Origin: Deltaproteobacteria bacterium
Lineage (GTDB): Bacteria > Myxococcota_A > Polyangia > Polyangiales > Houyiibacteriaceae
Reading direction: 5' to 3'
DNA length: 64,000 bases
Assembly (NCBI GenBank): GCA_034670305.1
Contig: JAXMNT010000003.1
Span: 32,001-96,000 of the forward strand
Shown: piece after piece, positions 40,253-49,417 of the stretch
Layout of the letters: each line of letters begins with the position of its first letter
How positions within the stretch are numbered: position 1 is the first letter of the stretch
The notes under the pieces: model-generated
Database searches by the model: none
The model's input: the letters and a program-made list of their open reading frames with translations, nothing else
What the model was told of the DNA's origin: nothing
Made by a program: the position numbers and the translations under genes

Positions 40253-42166
40253 ATGGACCTCTACTCGGCCGCCAAGCGGCTCTCGCGACCCAGAACGTTT
40301 GCTTCGCTCGACGACCGAAAGGCGCTGGGCATCGGCGACCATGGTGTCATCGGAGATGGATGGACCGCCGCGCTCGTTCGAGCGGACGGCGTGCTCGACT
40401 GGCTCTGCTTGCCCCGGTTCGATCAGCCCTCGGTGTTCGGTTCCATTCTCGACGAGGAACGAGGAGGTCAGAGCGGGGTGACGCCCACCTCGTTCCCCTT
40501 CGACAGCCTGCAGCGCTACGACCCAGACACGAACGTCCTCGAGACGCTTTTCCAAGTCGCCGGACAAGGGGTCGTGCGGGTGACCGACTACATGCCCTGG
40601 ACCGACGACCCCCGCGCCGCGGTCCACGAGGTTCACCGCAGGGTTCAGTGCGTCGAAGGCCACGTCGAAATGGAGGTCACGTTCGATCCACGTTTCCAGT
40701 ACGCGGCTCAACAGGCAACGTTCGAGCACAACGACCACGGTGTGCTCGCGCGGGGGCAGCAGAGCGAGACCATCGCAGCGGTGGTGAGCGGCGCGCACGC
40801 GTGGTCGGACCGGCCAGGCGGGGGCAAGCGGACCCGTTTCACGCTCGGCCCGGGAGAACGACGCTGGGTGGTGCTGAGCTGGGGGGCGCCCCGACCCGAA
40901 CCGATCGAAGCGTACCGCCCGTTCGAGCACTTGCGCGCCACCCGGACCGCCTGGCGAAGTTGGGTGCACGCACTGGGCTACGAAGGGCCGTGGCGACACC
41001 ACGTCGTGCGCTCGGCACTGGTCCTCAAGCTCCTGATGTACGCCCCCACCGGCGCGATGGTCGCGGCGCCCACGACGTCGTTGCCGGAGTGGATCGGCGG
41101 GGTGCGCAACTGGGACTACCGCTACAGCTGGACGCGCGACAGCGCGATGGCGATCCGCGCGGCCAACCTGCTCGGCGCCAACCAAGAGGCTCGGGACTTC
41201 TTCCACTTCGTCCGCGACACGCTCGACCGACAGTCCGATCTTCAGATCATGTACGACCTGGATGGCAACCCGGTGCCCGACGAGCGCAGCCTCGACCACC
41301 TGGCCGGTCATCGGGGATCGAAACCAGTACGCGTCGGCAACGGCGCCCGCGACCAGGTGCAGCTCGACACCGCCGGTGCACTGCTCGACGCCGCGCACGT
41401 CTACGAGCGCGGTGGCGGGAGCCTGGGTCTGAGCGCGTGGCGCAAACTCCGGGCGGTGGTCGAAGGGGTCGATGCGCGTTGGACGCAGCCCGACCACGGC
41501 ATCTGGGAGCCGCGCGACGGAGTGCGGCACAACGTGCACTCCAAGCTGATGAGCTGGGTCGCCCTGCAGCGGGGCGCCGAGCTCGCGCCGCTCTTTGGCG
41601 ATCACGATCGGAGCCAACACTGGAAGACATCCGCAGCCGCGGTTCACGCGGACGTGTGCGAACGCGGTCTCGACGCAACCGGCGCGCACTTCGTCGCCGC
41701 GTACGACCACGAACACGCCGATGCGGCGCTGCTCCTGTTGCCGATCACCGGCTTTCTGCCGGCCGTCGACCCTCGGGTCGAGCGCACCATCGCCCGCATT
41801 CGCTCCGAGCTCGGCGACGGACCGTTTCTCCACCGCTACCGCACCGAAGACGGCGTGGGCGGCGCGGAAGGATCGTTCGTGCTCTGCGGGTTCTGGCTGG
41901 CCGAGGCCCTCGCCATGGCGGGCCGAGTCGACGAGGCGCAGGAGATCTTCTTGGCGCACGCCGAAGCCTCCAACCACCTCGGACTGCTGGCGGAAGAGGT
42001 CGACGCGAGCACGGGGGAAGCGCTCGGCAACTTCCCGCAGGCGTTCAGTCACCTCGGACTGATCAATGCCGCGGCGCGGATCAACCGAGCCCTTCGCCTC
42101 GGCGATCAGGGCCTCGGCGATCGAGGTCTCGGCGATCGAGGTTTCGGCGAACGGCGCCACCCCTGA
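40253..42166 (+). CDS. glycoside hydrolase family 15 (glucoamylase/trehalase-like)
   Basis: DWLCLPRFD, AAPTTSLPE, RNWDYRYSWTRDS, PDHGIWEPR, GLLAEE, GNFPQAFSH. Confidence 0.93.
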   Translation: MDLYSAAKRLSRPRTFASLDDRKALGIGDHGVIGDGWTAALVRADGVLDWLCLPRFDQPSVFGSILDEERGGQSGVTPTSFPFDSLQRYDPDTNVLETLFQVAGQGVVRVTDYMPWTDDPRAAVHEVHRRVQCVEGHVEMEVTFDPRFQYAAQQATFEHNDHGVLARGQQSETIAAVVSGAHAWSDRPGGGKRTRFTLGPGERRWVVLSWGAPRPEPIEAYRPFEHLRATRTAWRSWVHALGYEGPWRHHVVRSALVLKLLMYAPTGAMVAAPTTSLPEWIGGVRNWDYRYSWTRDSAMAIRAANLLGANQEARDFFHFVRDTLDRQSDLQIMYDLDGNPVPDERSLDHLAGHRGSKPVRVGNGARDQVQLDTAGALLDAAHVYERGGGSLGLSAWRKLRAVVEGVDARWTQPDHGIWEPRDGVRHNVHSKLMSWVALQRGAELAPLFGDHDRSQHWKTSAAAVHADVCERGLDATGAHFVAAYDHEHADAALLLLPITGFLPAVDPRVERTIARIRSELGDGPFLHRYRTEDGVGGAEGSFVLCGFWLAEALAMAGRVDEAQEIFLAHAEASNHLGLLAEEVDASTGEALGNFPQAFSHLGLINAAARINRALRLGDQGLGDRGLGDRGFGERRHP

Positions 42167-42170
42167 TCCC

Positions 42171-43370
42171 ATGACTCGACCGAACCAGCGGGTGCGCCCG
42201 CACATCCGCGCGGTGCGGACCATCGTGGGCATCATCGTTTTGATGGGCGCCACGATGTGGGGTTCCGTGGCGTTCTTCGGTGCAACCGGTCTCGAGCAGC
42301 TCAGCCCACCGGGCGCCGCGCCGTCCTGGTCCGTCCCGTACCTCTGGTCGGTCGCGGTCGTGCTTGGGCTGAGTTCGCTGTCCGCGACCCTCCTGGCATG
42401 GATCACCGCGCGCTCGTTCACGCAGGATGTCCGGGACGTCGAGTCGGGTGTCGCGCGGTTGGTCCGCGAACAACCCGTGCTGTCCGACGAATCGGGCATG
42501 CACCTCAAGCGCGCCACACCCTCCGCACTTCCCCTCGCCCCCCGCGCCCACATTCCGGTCAGCACCCTCGACGAGCTCGGGGAACTCGTTGTCGCGTTCG
42601 ATGCGCTCCGCTCGGACTTCCGACTCGCGCTGCAACAGGAACGGGAGCTCAAGCGTCGGGCGCAAGAAGCGAGCGTCGGCAACGAAGCCTTCTTGAAGGC
42701 GGTCAGCCACGAGCTGCGCACACCGCTCAACTCCATCCTCGGGTTCGCGGACGTCTTGCTCTCGGAGATGGATGGCCCGTTGAGCGATTCGCAACGAGAG
42801 GACGTTCGGATCATCGCGTCCGCCGGCCGCCATCTGCAAGCGCTCTTCAACGACATCCTCGACCTGAGCGCTGCGGCCACCGGACACCTCGAACTGGACC
42901 ACCAGGAAGTGGCGCTCGGACCGCTCGTGGAAGAAGTCGCCGCCGAACTGGGGTCGCACCGAAAAGAGGGCGTCGCGTTGGACGTTCACATCGACGACGA
43001 CGTGCCCGTCTTGTTCGCGGACCCCAAGCGCCTGCGGCAAGTCCTCACCAACCTCGCGGGCAACGCCCTCAAGTTCACCGACACGGGGTTCGTTCGAATC
43101 GAGGTCGAGAGGGCCCGGGACTGGGTGGTCCTGCGGGTGTCGGACACCGGCGTGGGCATTCCACCCGAAGCACTGGACGAGGTGTTCGCAGAGTTCGACC
43201 AAGTCGTGGAACGGGCCGGCTCCCGGCGCGGTGGCTCCGGCCTCGGCCTCACGATCGCACGGACGCTCGTGGAGCTTCACCATGGGACGATCCTGGTCAA
43301 GAGCCACAAGGGAGAAGGGTCCGTCTTCGAAGTTCGACTGCCAGCGCCTGCCGCGAAGGCGACCTCGTGA
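42171..43370 (+). CDS. membrane sensor histidine kinase (2 TM, HAMP-like, intact H/N/G1/F/G2 boxes)
   Basis: SHELRTPLNSILGF, QVLTNLAGNALKFT, DTGVGI, GSGLGL. Confidence 0.92.
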   Translation: MTRPNQRVRPHIRAVRTIVGIIVLMGATMWGSVAFFGATGLEQLSPPGAAPSWSVPYLWSVAVVLGLSSLSATLLAWITARSFTQDVRDVESGVARLVREQPVLSDESGMHLKRATPSALPLAPRAHIPVSTLDELGELVVAFDALRSDFRLALQQERELKRRAQEASVGNEAFLKAVSHELRTPLNSILGFADVLLSEMDGPLSDSQREDVRIIASAGRHLQALFNDILDLSAAATGHLELDHQEVALGPLVEEVAAELGSHRKEGVALDVHIDDDVPVLFADPKRLRQVLTNLAGNALKFTDTGFVRIEVERARDWVVLRVSDTGVGIPPEALDEVFAEFDQVVERAGSRRGGSGLGLTIARTLVELHHGTILVKSHKGEGSVFEVRLPAPAAKATS

Positions 43371-45070
43371 CGCCGCCCGTCCGTCGCTCGGCCATGGCCT
43401 GGGACCTCGCACTCGCGCAGGTCGCCATCGGCCTCGCAGGCTGCGTGGTCGTGGTGATGTTCGCGTGGGTGGCGCTGCCGATCCCGACCGCGCTCATCGA
43501 CAACGTGGCGCTGCTTCAGTTGCTCGCGTGCGCCGCGATGGGCGCCGGAAGCGCCCTGCTCTCGATCGGTCCTTGGCGCCAGTCAAAGGCGATGTACGCA
43601 CACGTGTGGCGCCGCCACCGCCGAGAGGCCATCGGTCAACTTGACCCCGTCGGCCGACTGCCACCGGACGTCGCCGTCGCGATGTTCGATCTCCCTCCCC
43701 GCGGGTCCCTTGGGGCCGGGCTGGCGCTGCTCACCGTGTTGGTCGCCGACGCGAGCAGTGGCGGCGCGATCTCAGGGCTCCGCGGGATGCAGCTCTTCGC
43801 GGTCTCGTTGCTCACCTTCGGCGTACTGCAGAGCGCAGCGATGGTGACCTCCATCGCATCCCGGGCGCTGCTCTGGCGGTGGCTGTCACGGGTCCATCCG
43901 CGCGACGCCCCCGTGAGGCGTCGGTGGTTTCCGAGACTGGCCGCACGTCTCGCGATTCGGGTGGGTTCGGTGCTCACGCTCTTGGGGTGCGTCGCACTCT
44001 CCCTCCCGCTCTCGTACCTGTCGGCCGCGCAGGAACTCCAGACCCACGAGGCGGTATTCTCTTTCGGTTCGGCGCCAATGGCCTACTTCGCAGGCGCCTT
44101 GGCCGGGACGGTGTTCGCCATCGTGGTGGGGGTCGCGGCGGCGACGCAGCTGGGGCGGCAGTTCGCCTCCGACATGAGCGACCTCGCCCACCACGTCGAG
44201 GCGCTCTCACGCAGCCGCAGTTTCGTCGACCGCCGTCCGGAACCTCAGCTTCCGCACGTGCGGACCGATGTCGCCACCCTGCTCGCTGCACGCACCGCGT
44301 TGCTGGCGAACAAGTACGCCGCACTGGCCGAGCGCGAGGTACGGGCACGACAAGCCATCGAAGCGACCCAGCGGCTCAAGACCCGCTTCATGGCCCACAT
44401 GAGCCACGACCTGAGAAGCCCCCTCAACTCGATCGCGGGGTTCGCGGAGATCCTCTCGGACGACAGGGCGGGGCTGAACTCGGAGCAGATGGCGAGTGTG
44501 CTGTCCATTCGGCACTCCGGTCGCAACCTCGTCCTGCTCGTGACCGACATCGTAGACACAGCCCGCATCGAAGCGGGCCGACTCACCCTGCACCGCGAGC
44601 GCTGTGACCTTCGAACCGTCCTGGCTGCGGCGATCGAAACCGCTCAGGAACTCGACGGCGCTGGAACGCTCGAGGTGCACCTCGAGCTGGCACCAGACGC
44701 GCCAGCAGCGTTCTGGTTCGATGGCGCGCGCGTGGAACAGGCGATCGGCGGCGTGCTCTCCCACGTCGTCCGCATGTCGACTCCAGGGGTCATCCAGGTT
44801 CAGGCGAAGGGCCGGCCCGATGGCCTCGAGGTCGAAGTCGTCGCCGAGCAACTCCCGCCCGAGGACACGCAACGGATGTTCCTCGCGTTTCGAGAGCTCA
44901 AGCAAGCGAGCGGCCGGCGGGTCGGCGGACTCGGACTCGGACTCTCACTCGCGCGCAGTCTGGTCGAAGCGCACGGAGGAGAACTTCGCTACGACAGTTC
45001 GGAGAGCCGGTTCACGTTCTTCTTCCCGACCCTCGAGGAACCAGAAGTCCCGGAACCGCCCGCAGCGTGA
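43367..45070 (+). CDS. multi-TM histidine kinase-like protein with degenerate ATP-binding domain
   Basis: About 6 TMs; H box SHDLRSPLNSIAGF and GLGLGL present; N and G1 boxes not recognisable; GTG overlaps the upstream stop. Confidence 0.85.
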   Translation: MTPPVRRSAMAWDLALAQVAIGLAGCVVVVMFAWVALPIPTALIDNVALLQLLACAAMGAGSALLSIGPWRQSKAMYAHVWRRHRREAIGQLDPVGRLPPDVAVAMFDLPPRGSLGAGLALLTVLVADASSGGAISGLRGMQLFAVSLLTFGVLQSAAMVTSIASRALLWRWLSRVHPRDAPVRRRWFPRLAARLAIRVGSVLTLLGCVALSLPLSYLSAAQELQTHEAVFSFGSAPMAYFAGALAGTVFAIVVGVAAATQLGRQFASDMSDLAHHVEALSRSRSFVDRRPEPQLPHVRTDVATLLAARTALLANKYAALAEREVRARQAIEATQRLKTRFMAHMSHDLRSPLNSIAGFAEILSDDRAGLNSEQMASVLSIRHSGRNLVLLVTDIVDTARIEAGRLTLHRERCDLRTVLAAAIETAQELDGAGTLEVHLELAPDAPAAFWFDGARVEQAIGGVLSHVVRMSTPGVIQVQAKGRPDGLEVEVVAEQLPPEDTQRMFLAFRELKQASGRRVGGLGLGLSLARSLVEAHGGELRYDSSESRFTFFFPTLEEPEVPEPPAA

Positions 45071-45136
45071 ACTACCCGTGCCTTCGGGCCGGCCACGGTC
45101 CCGTTGCTGCTCCGCTGCGCTCGTTGCGGCGATGGG

Positions 45137-46492
45137 TCAGAGCCGACCGACTTTGGCCCACGCCCCCGAGCGGTACGCGAGCACGCTCAGCATCACCTTG
45201 AGCACGTAGCTCAGCGGGAACGCGGCCCACACCCCCCACGCGCCAAAACCAAGCGGAAAGCCAAGGAGCCAGCTCAGGGGGATCTGCAGCATGGTGCCGA
45301 CGAAGTTGATCCGCAGACTCGTCCCGGTCGCACCGGCACCACGGAGCAGGCCGATGAGCGCGATCTGCACGCCGACGATCGGCATGCCGTACCCGAGCAG
45401 CTTCATCCACATCACGGAGTACGACATGAGCGGCGTGCCCGACTCGACGTCGAAGATCCGCACGATGGGTTCGGCGCCGGCGATGATGAGCAGACCAAGC
45501 ACACTCATGATCGACGTACAGAGCACGACCGACGCGCGCACGACCTGCTTGGCCTCGGCCACGTTCCTCGCACCGAGTGCGTTGCCGACCATCGCGCCGG
45601 TCGCCTGCGAGACGCTCAAGCCGGGGACGAACGCCAGCGCCTGGATCCGCAGACCGATGCCGTGGGCCGCGACCGCGACCGGATCGATCCGTCCCAGCAT
45701 GCCGATGATCGACGCGAAGCTCGCGTTGATGAGCACCATGTCGAGCGCAGCCGGCCAGCCGACCCGGAACAAGGTGCGCGCGAGTGCGCGGTCGATCGGA
45801 ACCCACGCGAGCGGCATCTGGAGCGGGGCCACGGTGCCACGGCGCAGGAGCCAGACCATCGCGACCACGCCGCAGGCTTGGGAGGCCACGGTGCCAAGGG
45901 CCGCCCCTTCGACGCCCATCGCTGGCAAACCGAAGTTGCCCAAGATGAGTCCGTAGTTGAAGACGACGTTGAGCGCGTTGTATCCGAGCGCGACGAGGAA
46001 CGGCAGCATCGTATTGCCGACGCCGCGCAGGACCGCCGCGTAGAGCACGCTCAGGTAGTAGAAGACCGCGAACGTGAGGTTCGGACGCAGGTACTCGAGC
46101 GACGCTTCGATCGAGGGCCCCTGCGCGCCGAGCGCCACCACGATGGGCCGCGCGAGCAGGTTCCCGAACACCGCGACGAGGACCCCCATGAGGATCGTGA
46201 GCAAGCTGGCTTGTCGAAGCACATGGTTGCAGCGCTCGTCGTCGCCCGACCCATGCGCGCGCGCCACGGTCGCCACCGCACCGACGACCAACCCCAACAT
46301 CGCGACCATCACGATGAAGACGACTTGCGTGGCGAAGCCGAGCGCTTCGAGCGCGACGCCCGCGTCGTCCAGCCGGCCGCACATCGCGGTGTCGACCGCC
46401 AGCGAGAGCACGCTCAGCACGTTGAGCCCGATGATTGGCGCCGCGAGGTCGAAGAGCCGTCTCGGAATCGATCGTTCGGGCTCGACGGTCAC
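45137..46492 (-). CDS. MATE family efflux transporter
   Basis: LAAPII...VDTAMCGRL, LRGVGNT, PAMGVEGAALGT, AAHGIG, GNALGA; about 12 TMs. Confidence 0.92.
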   Translation of the reverse strand: MTVEPERSIPRRLFDLAAPIIGLNVLSVLSLAVDTAMCGRLDDAGVALEALGFATQVVFIVMVAMLGLVVGAVATVARAHGSGDDERCNHVLRQASLLTILMGVLVAVFGNLLARPIVVALGAQGPSIEASLEYLRPNLTFAVFYYLSVLYAAVLRGVGNTMLPFLVALGYNALNVVFNYGLILGNFGLPAMGVEGAALGTVASQACGVVAMVWLLRRGTVAPLQMPLAWVPIDRALARTLFRVGWPAALDMVLINASFASIIGMLGRIDPVAVAAHGIGLRIQALAFVPGLSVSQATGAMVGNALGARNVAEAKQVVRASVVLCTSIMSVLGLLIIAGAEPIVRIFDVESGTPLMSYSVMWMKLLGYGMPIVGVQIALIGLLRGAGATGTSLRINFVGTMLQIPLSWLLGFPLGFGAWGVWAAFPLSYVLKVMLSVLAYRSGAWAKVGRL

Positions 46493-46504
46493 GAAGACGT
46501 GCGT

Positions 46505-47194
46505 CTACTTCGCGTCCGGGCGTGCCGCAAGATGGCCGTGGACCGCGAGCGACGCTGCAACCGCCGTCGGCACCCGCAGAACGTTCGCCCCCAGGCTGAT
46601 CGGCTCGAAGGACGCGTTCTCGAAGGTCTGACGTTCTTCTTCCGACCACCCACCCTCGGGACCGATCGCGATCCAATCGTCGGTGTGGGCGCGTTCGGGC
46701 AGCGCGCCGCCCCGGGCCCACGCGTACATGCCGCGGGCATGTTCGGAGCGACGTGCGAGCACGTCTCGCAAGGGGGCGGGCGGCATGAGCCGGGGCACGA
46801 ACGTGCGCTCGGACTGGCGACTCGCCTCACGCGCGATGCGCTCGAACCGCAACCACTTGTTGCCCACCGACCTTGGCACGCTGTGTTTCGCGAACACGAA
46901 ATGCAGCGCACGGGCCCCGAGCTCTGTGGCGAGTCGGATCGAGAGTTCGGTCGCGGGTGGTTTGGCCAGCCCAAGGATCAGCGTGGGCCCCGTGCGACGC
47001 ACCCTCGGAAGTTCTTCCAGAAGCTCCGCTTCGTCGTCTCCGGTGAGCCGGGCGCGGCACCGCCGCCCTTCCCCGTCGAAGAGCTCGACCTCCGTATCGA
47101 CCTCCAGGCGAAGCACGTGCACGTGCGCCGCCGCTTCACCGAGCGGCTGCCGCCCGCCGATCGCCGCGAGCGTCTCCACGAAGAACCGCCTCAT
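46505..47194 (-). CDS. rsmE: 16S rRNA m3U1498 methyltransferase
   Basis: HVHVLRL, LATELG, EASRQSER, IGPEGGWS, SLGANVLRVPTA. Confidence 0.9.
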   Translation of the reverse strand: MRRFFVETLAAIGGRQPLGEAAAHVHVLRLEVDTEVELFDGEGRRCRARLTGDDEAELLEELPRVRRTGPTLILGLAKPPATELSIRLATELGARALHFVFAKHSVPRSVGNKWLRFERIAREASRQSERTFVPRLMPPAPLRDVLARRSEHARGMYAWARGGALPERAHTDDWIAIGPEGGWSEEERQTFENASFEPISLGANVLRVPTAVAASLAVHGHLAARPDAK

Positions 47195-47213
47195 CGATCG
47201 CACCCGGCGCGCA

Positions 47214-48065
47214 TCACGCCCGCGTCAGAACGATGGCCCGCCACTCGCCCTCTGCCGTGACCCGCACCTCGAACGACGCGTCCACTTCTGCGAACGCGGC
47301 GACGACTTCGTCGAGCCGGTCCTCGAGCACGCCGGACAGGACGAGCACACGTTGGGTTCTCGCGCAGAGCGCCTCCGCCATGTCGATCAGAATGGGCGCT
47401 TGAATGTTGGCGAGCACGAGATCGAACGTACCCTCGATCGAGTGCATCGGGCGCGTCGACACCTCGAGACGGCCGCCCACGCCGTTGAGTTCGGCGTTCT
47501 CCTCGCTGACCGCGACCGCCGCATCCTCGACGTCGACACCGATCGCGGTTTCGGCGCCGAGCAGGAGCGCCGCCACCGCGAGGATCCCGCTGCCGCAGCC
47601 CACGTCGAACACCCGGTCGCCCGGTCTCACCAACGCGTCGACCTCCGCGAGCACCAGTCGGGTGGTCTCGTGAATGCCGCTGCCGAACGCGCCACCCGGA
47701 TCGATCGTGAGCACGACCTCGTCCGGCCCCGTTTCGAGTTCCCGCCAAGACGGCCGGATCCACAGACGTTCGCCGAGCTTCCTCGGGTGGAAGTACGCGC
47801 GCCACGCATCGCGCCATTCGTCCCCGACCACCCATTCCACCCGCGCTGGAAACGACATCGCGGCGACGGCCCGGTGGGCGGCGTCGTCGTTCTCGAACGA
47901 CGCCACGAGCAGCACCTGGCCGTCTTCGCCCTTGAGCAGCGTGGTCTCGTCTCGTTCTTCGACGCCAGTGCACCCGAGCGTCCAGAGCAGGTCTCCCACC
48001 ATCTCGGTCTGCGCGCTCGGCACACGGACGTGGACGTAGGGGTAGCGGGGAATCGGTTCGGTCAT
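47214..48065 (-). CDS. prmA: ribosomal protein L11 methyltransferase
   Basis: WRDAWRAYFHP, IDPGGAFGSGIHETT, DVGCGSGIL, LANI, LSGVL. Confidence 0.93.
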   Translation of the reverse strand: MTEPIPRYPYVHVRVPSAQTEMVGDLLWTLGCTGVEERDETTLLKGEDGQVLLVASFENDDAAHRAVAAMSFPARVEWVVGDEWRDAWRAYFHPRKLGERLWIRPSWRELETGPDEVVLTIDPGGAFGSGIHETTRLVLAEVDALVRPGDRVFDVGCGSGILAVAALLLGAETAIGVDVEDAAVAVSEENAELNGVGGRLEVSTRPMHSIEGTFDLVLANIQAPILIDMAEALCARTQRVLVLSGVLEDRLDEVVAAFAEVDASFEVRVTAEGEWRAIVLTRA

Positions 48066-48099
48066 CGGTTCGGTGGAAGCACGCCGCCGCAGCGGGCTC

Positions 48100-48951
48100 T
48101 TAGTTGATGTTGACGATCAACGTGCCCTGGGACGGCGGTGCGCCATCGTCCCGGGTGAGCAACACCGCCGTCGTGACGGCGCCGCCGATCACGACCACCG
48201 CGATGGTCCAGAACCACCACTTCGTCAGGACCGAGTTGGACGGACCCTCGACCGCGATGCGAAGCGGCGCCGCGACGTCGCCCCGCGCCGCAACCGGCAG
48301 CCCCGCGCCGTCCACCGCTTCGAAGTAGTACTCGACGAGCGGCGGCGCGACGTCCTCGCCGGGAATCACCGCCACGTAGGCGCCGTCGCGAAAGTCACAG
48401 TCCAGCCGGCGGAACACATCGCTCGTCCCCTGACGGTACGCGAGCACCAGACCACTGACGCGGCCCTGGGGATCCTGGATCGTGGCGGTCAGCGGAATCT
48501 CCGCGCCTGGGTCGGCCTGCGCGGGAGAGGCGTGCACAATCTCGATCGGTGTCGGCGGCGCCGTCGCCACGCCCGGCCGGCCATCCGCTTCCCACCGCTC
48601 GCGCACACCCGAGAAGAACTCACGGAACCGCGGCGAGACATTGTCGCCCGGATCGAACTCCGGCTCGATGCCGAGCAGACTCCGGTACGCGCCCTCCGCC
48701 TCTTCGCTCCGACCGAGCGAGAGATAGGTCAACGCCAAGAGCCGATAGATGGTCGCGCGCTCCTGCTCGGAGTTGCCGCTCCGCACCAGCCCCGCCGAGA
48801 GCGTCTGAAGCGCCTCCTCGTACCGGAGGTCGTCGTACATCGACTGCCCCTCCGCGATGAGCGGGTTCCGCTGCGCGCCCGCGGTCGCCGGAATGGCGCA
48901 CACAACCCCGAGCAGACAGACCGACAGCGCAACAAAGCGGAACAGACGCAT
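48100..48951 (-). CDS. secreted TPR protein with Ig-like domain and C-terminal TM
   Basis: Signal peptide from MRLFRFVAL; TPR-like helices, SPRFREFF, VEYYFEA, KWWFWT+TM. Confidence 0.75.
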   Translation of the reverse strand: MRLFRFVALSVCLLGVVCAIPATAGAQRNPLIAEGQSMYDDLRYEEALQTLSAGLVRSGNSEQERATIYRLLALTYLSLGRSEEAEGAYRSLLGIEPEFDPGDNVSPRFREFFSGVRERWEADGRPGVATAPPTPIEIVHASPAQADPGAEIPLTATIQDPQGRVSGLVLAYRQGTSDVFRRLDCDFRDGAYVAVIPGEDVAPPLVEYYFEAVDGAGLPVAARGDVAAPLRIAVEGPSNSVLTKWWFWTIAVVVIGGAVTTAVLLTRDDGAPPSQGTLIVNIN

Positions 48952-49009
48952 GCCCCGGAGGCTAAACCACACTCCCGCATCCTGGATAGGCCCGTCCGCA
49001 GGGGGCTCT

Positions 49010-49361
49010 GGATGCCCGGATTCCGTGCCCATACCCGTGCCCGTGCCCGTGCCCGAGTTTGCCGGGCTCGAACCCGAAGCCGAAGTCGGTGCATGCCTTG
49101 CGTTCGGACTCGGCTTGGGATTCGGATTCTCGGCCCAGAACCAGAACCAGCACCAGCCCGCTCTCCTTCGGAGTCGCACGTCTTGTAGCCTCTGCGGAAG
49201 TCGGCTCCTTCATCCTTCGGTTCAGCTTCCCTGGCGTCTGCTTCTGCATCGGCACCAGCATCGGCACCGGCATCGGATTCGGCATCGGCATCGGCATCGG
49301 CGCCGGCATCGGCATCGGCATCGGCTTCGGCTTCGGCTTCGGCTTCGGCATCGGAGTCGGC
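49010..49361. repeat. composite intergenic hexamer array A2
   Basis: GGATGCCCGGATT + (CCCGTG)-type block, CCGAAG units, CCAGAA block, then about 20 CGGCAT/CGGCTT-type units. Confidence 0.9.
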
Positions 49362-49417
49362 AATTCCCGCCCGCCACTCGCCCTTCCCGACCACACCGGC
49401 TAGGTCTCTCCCTTCGC

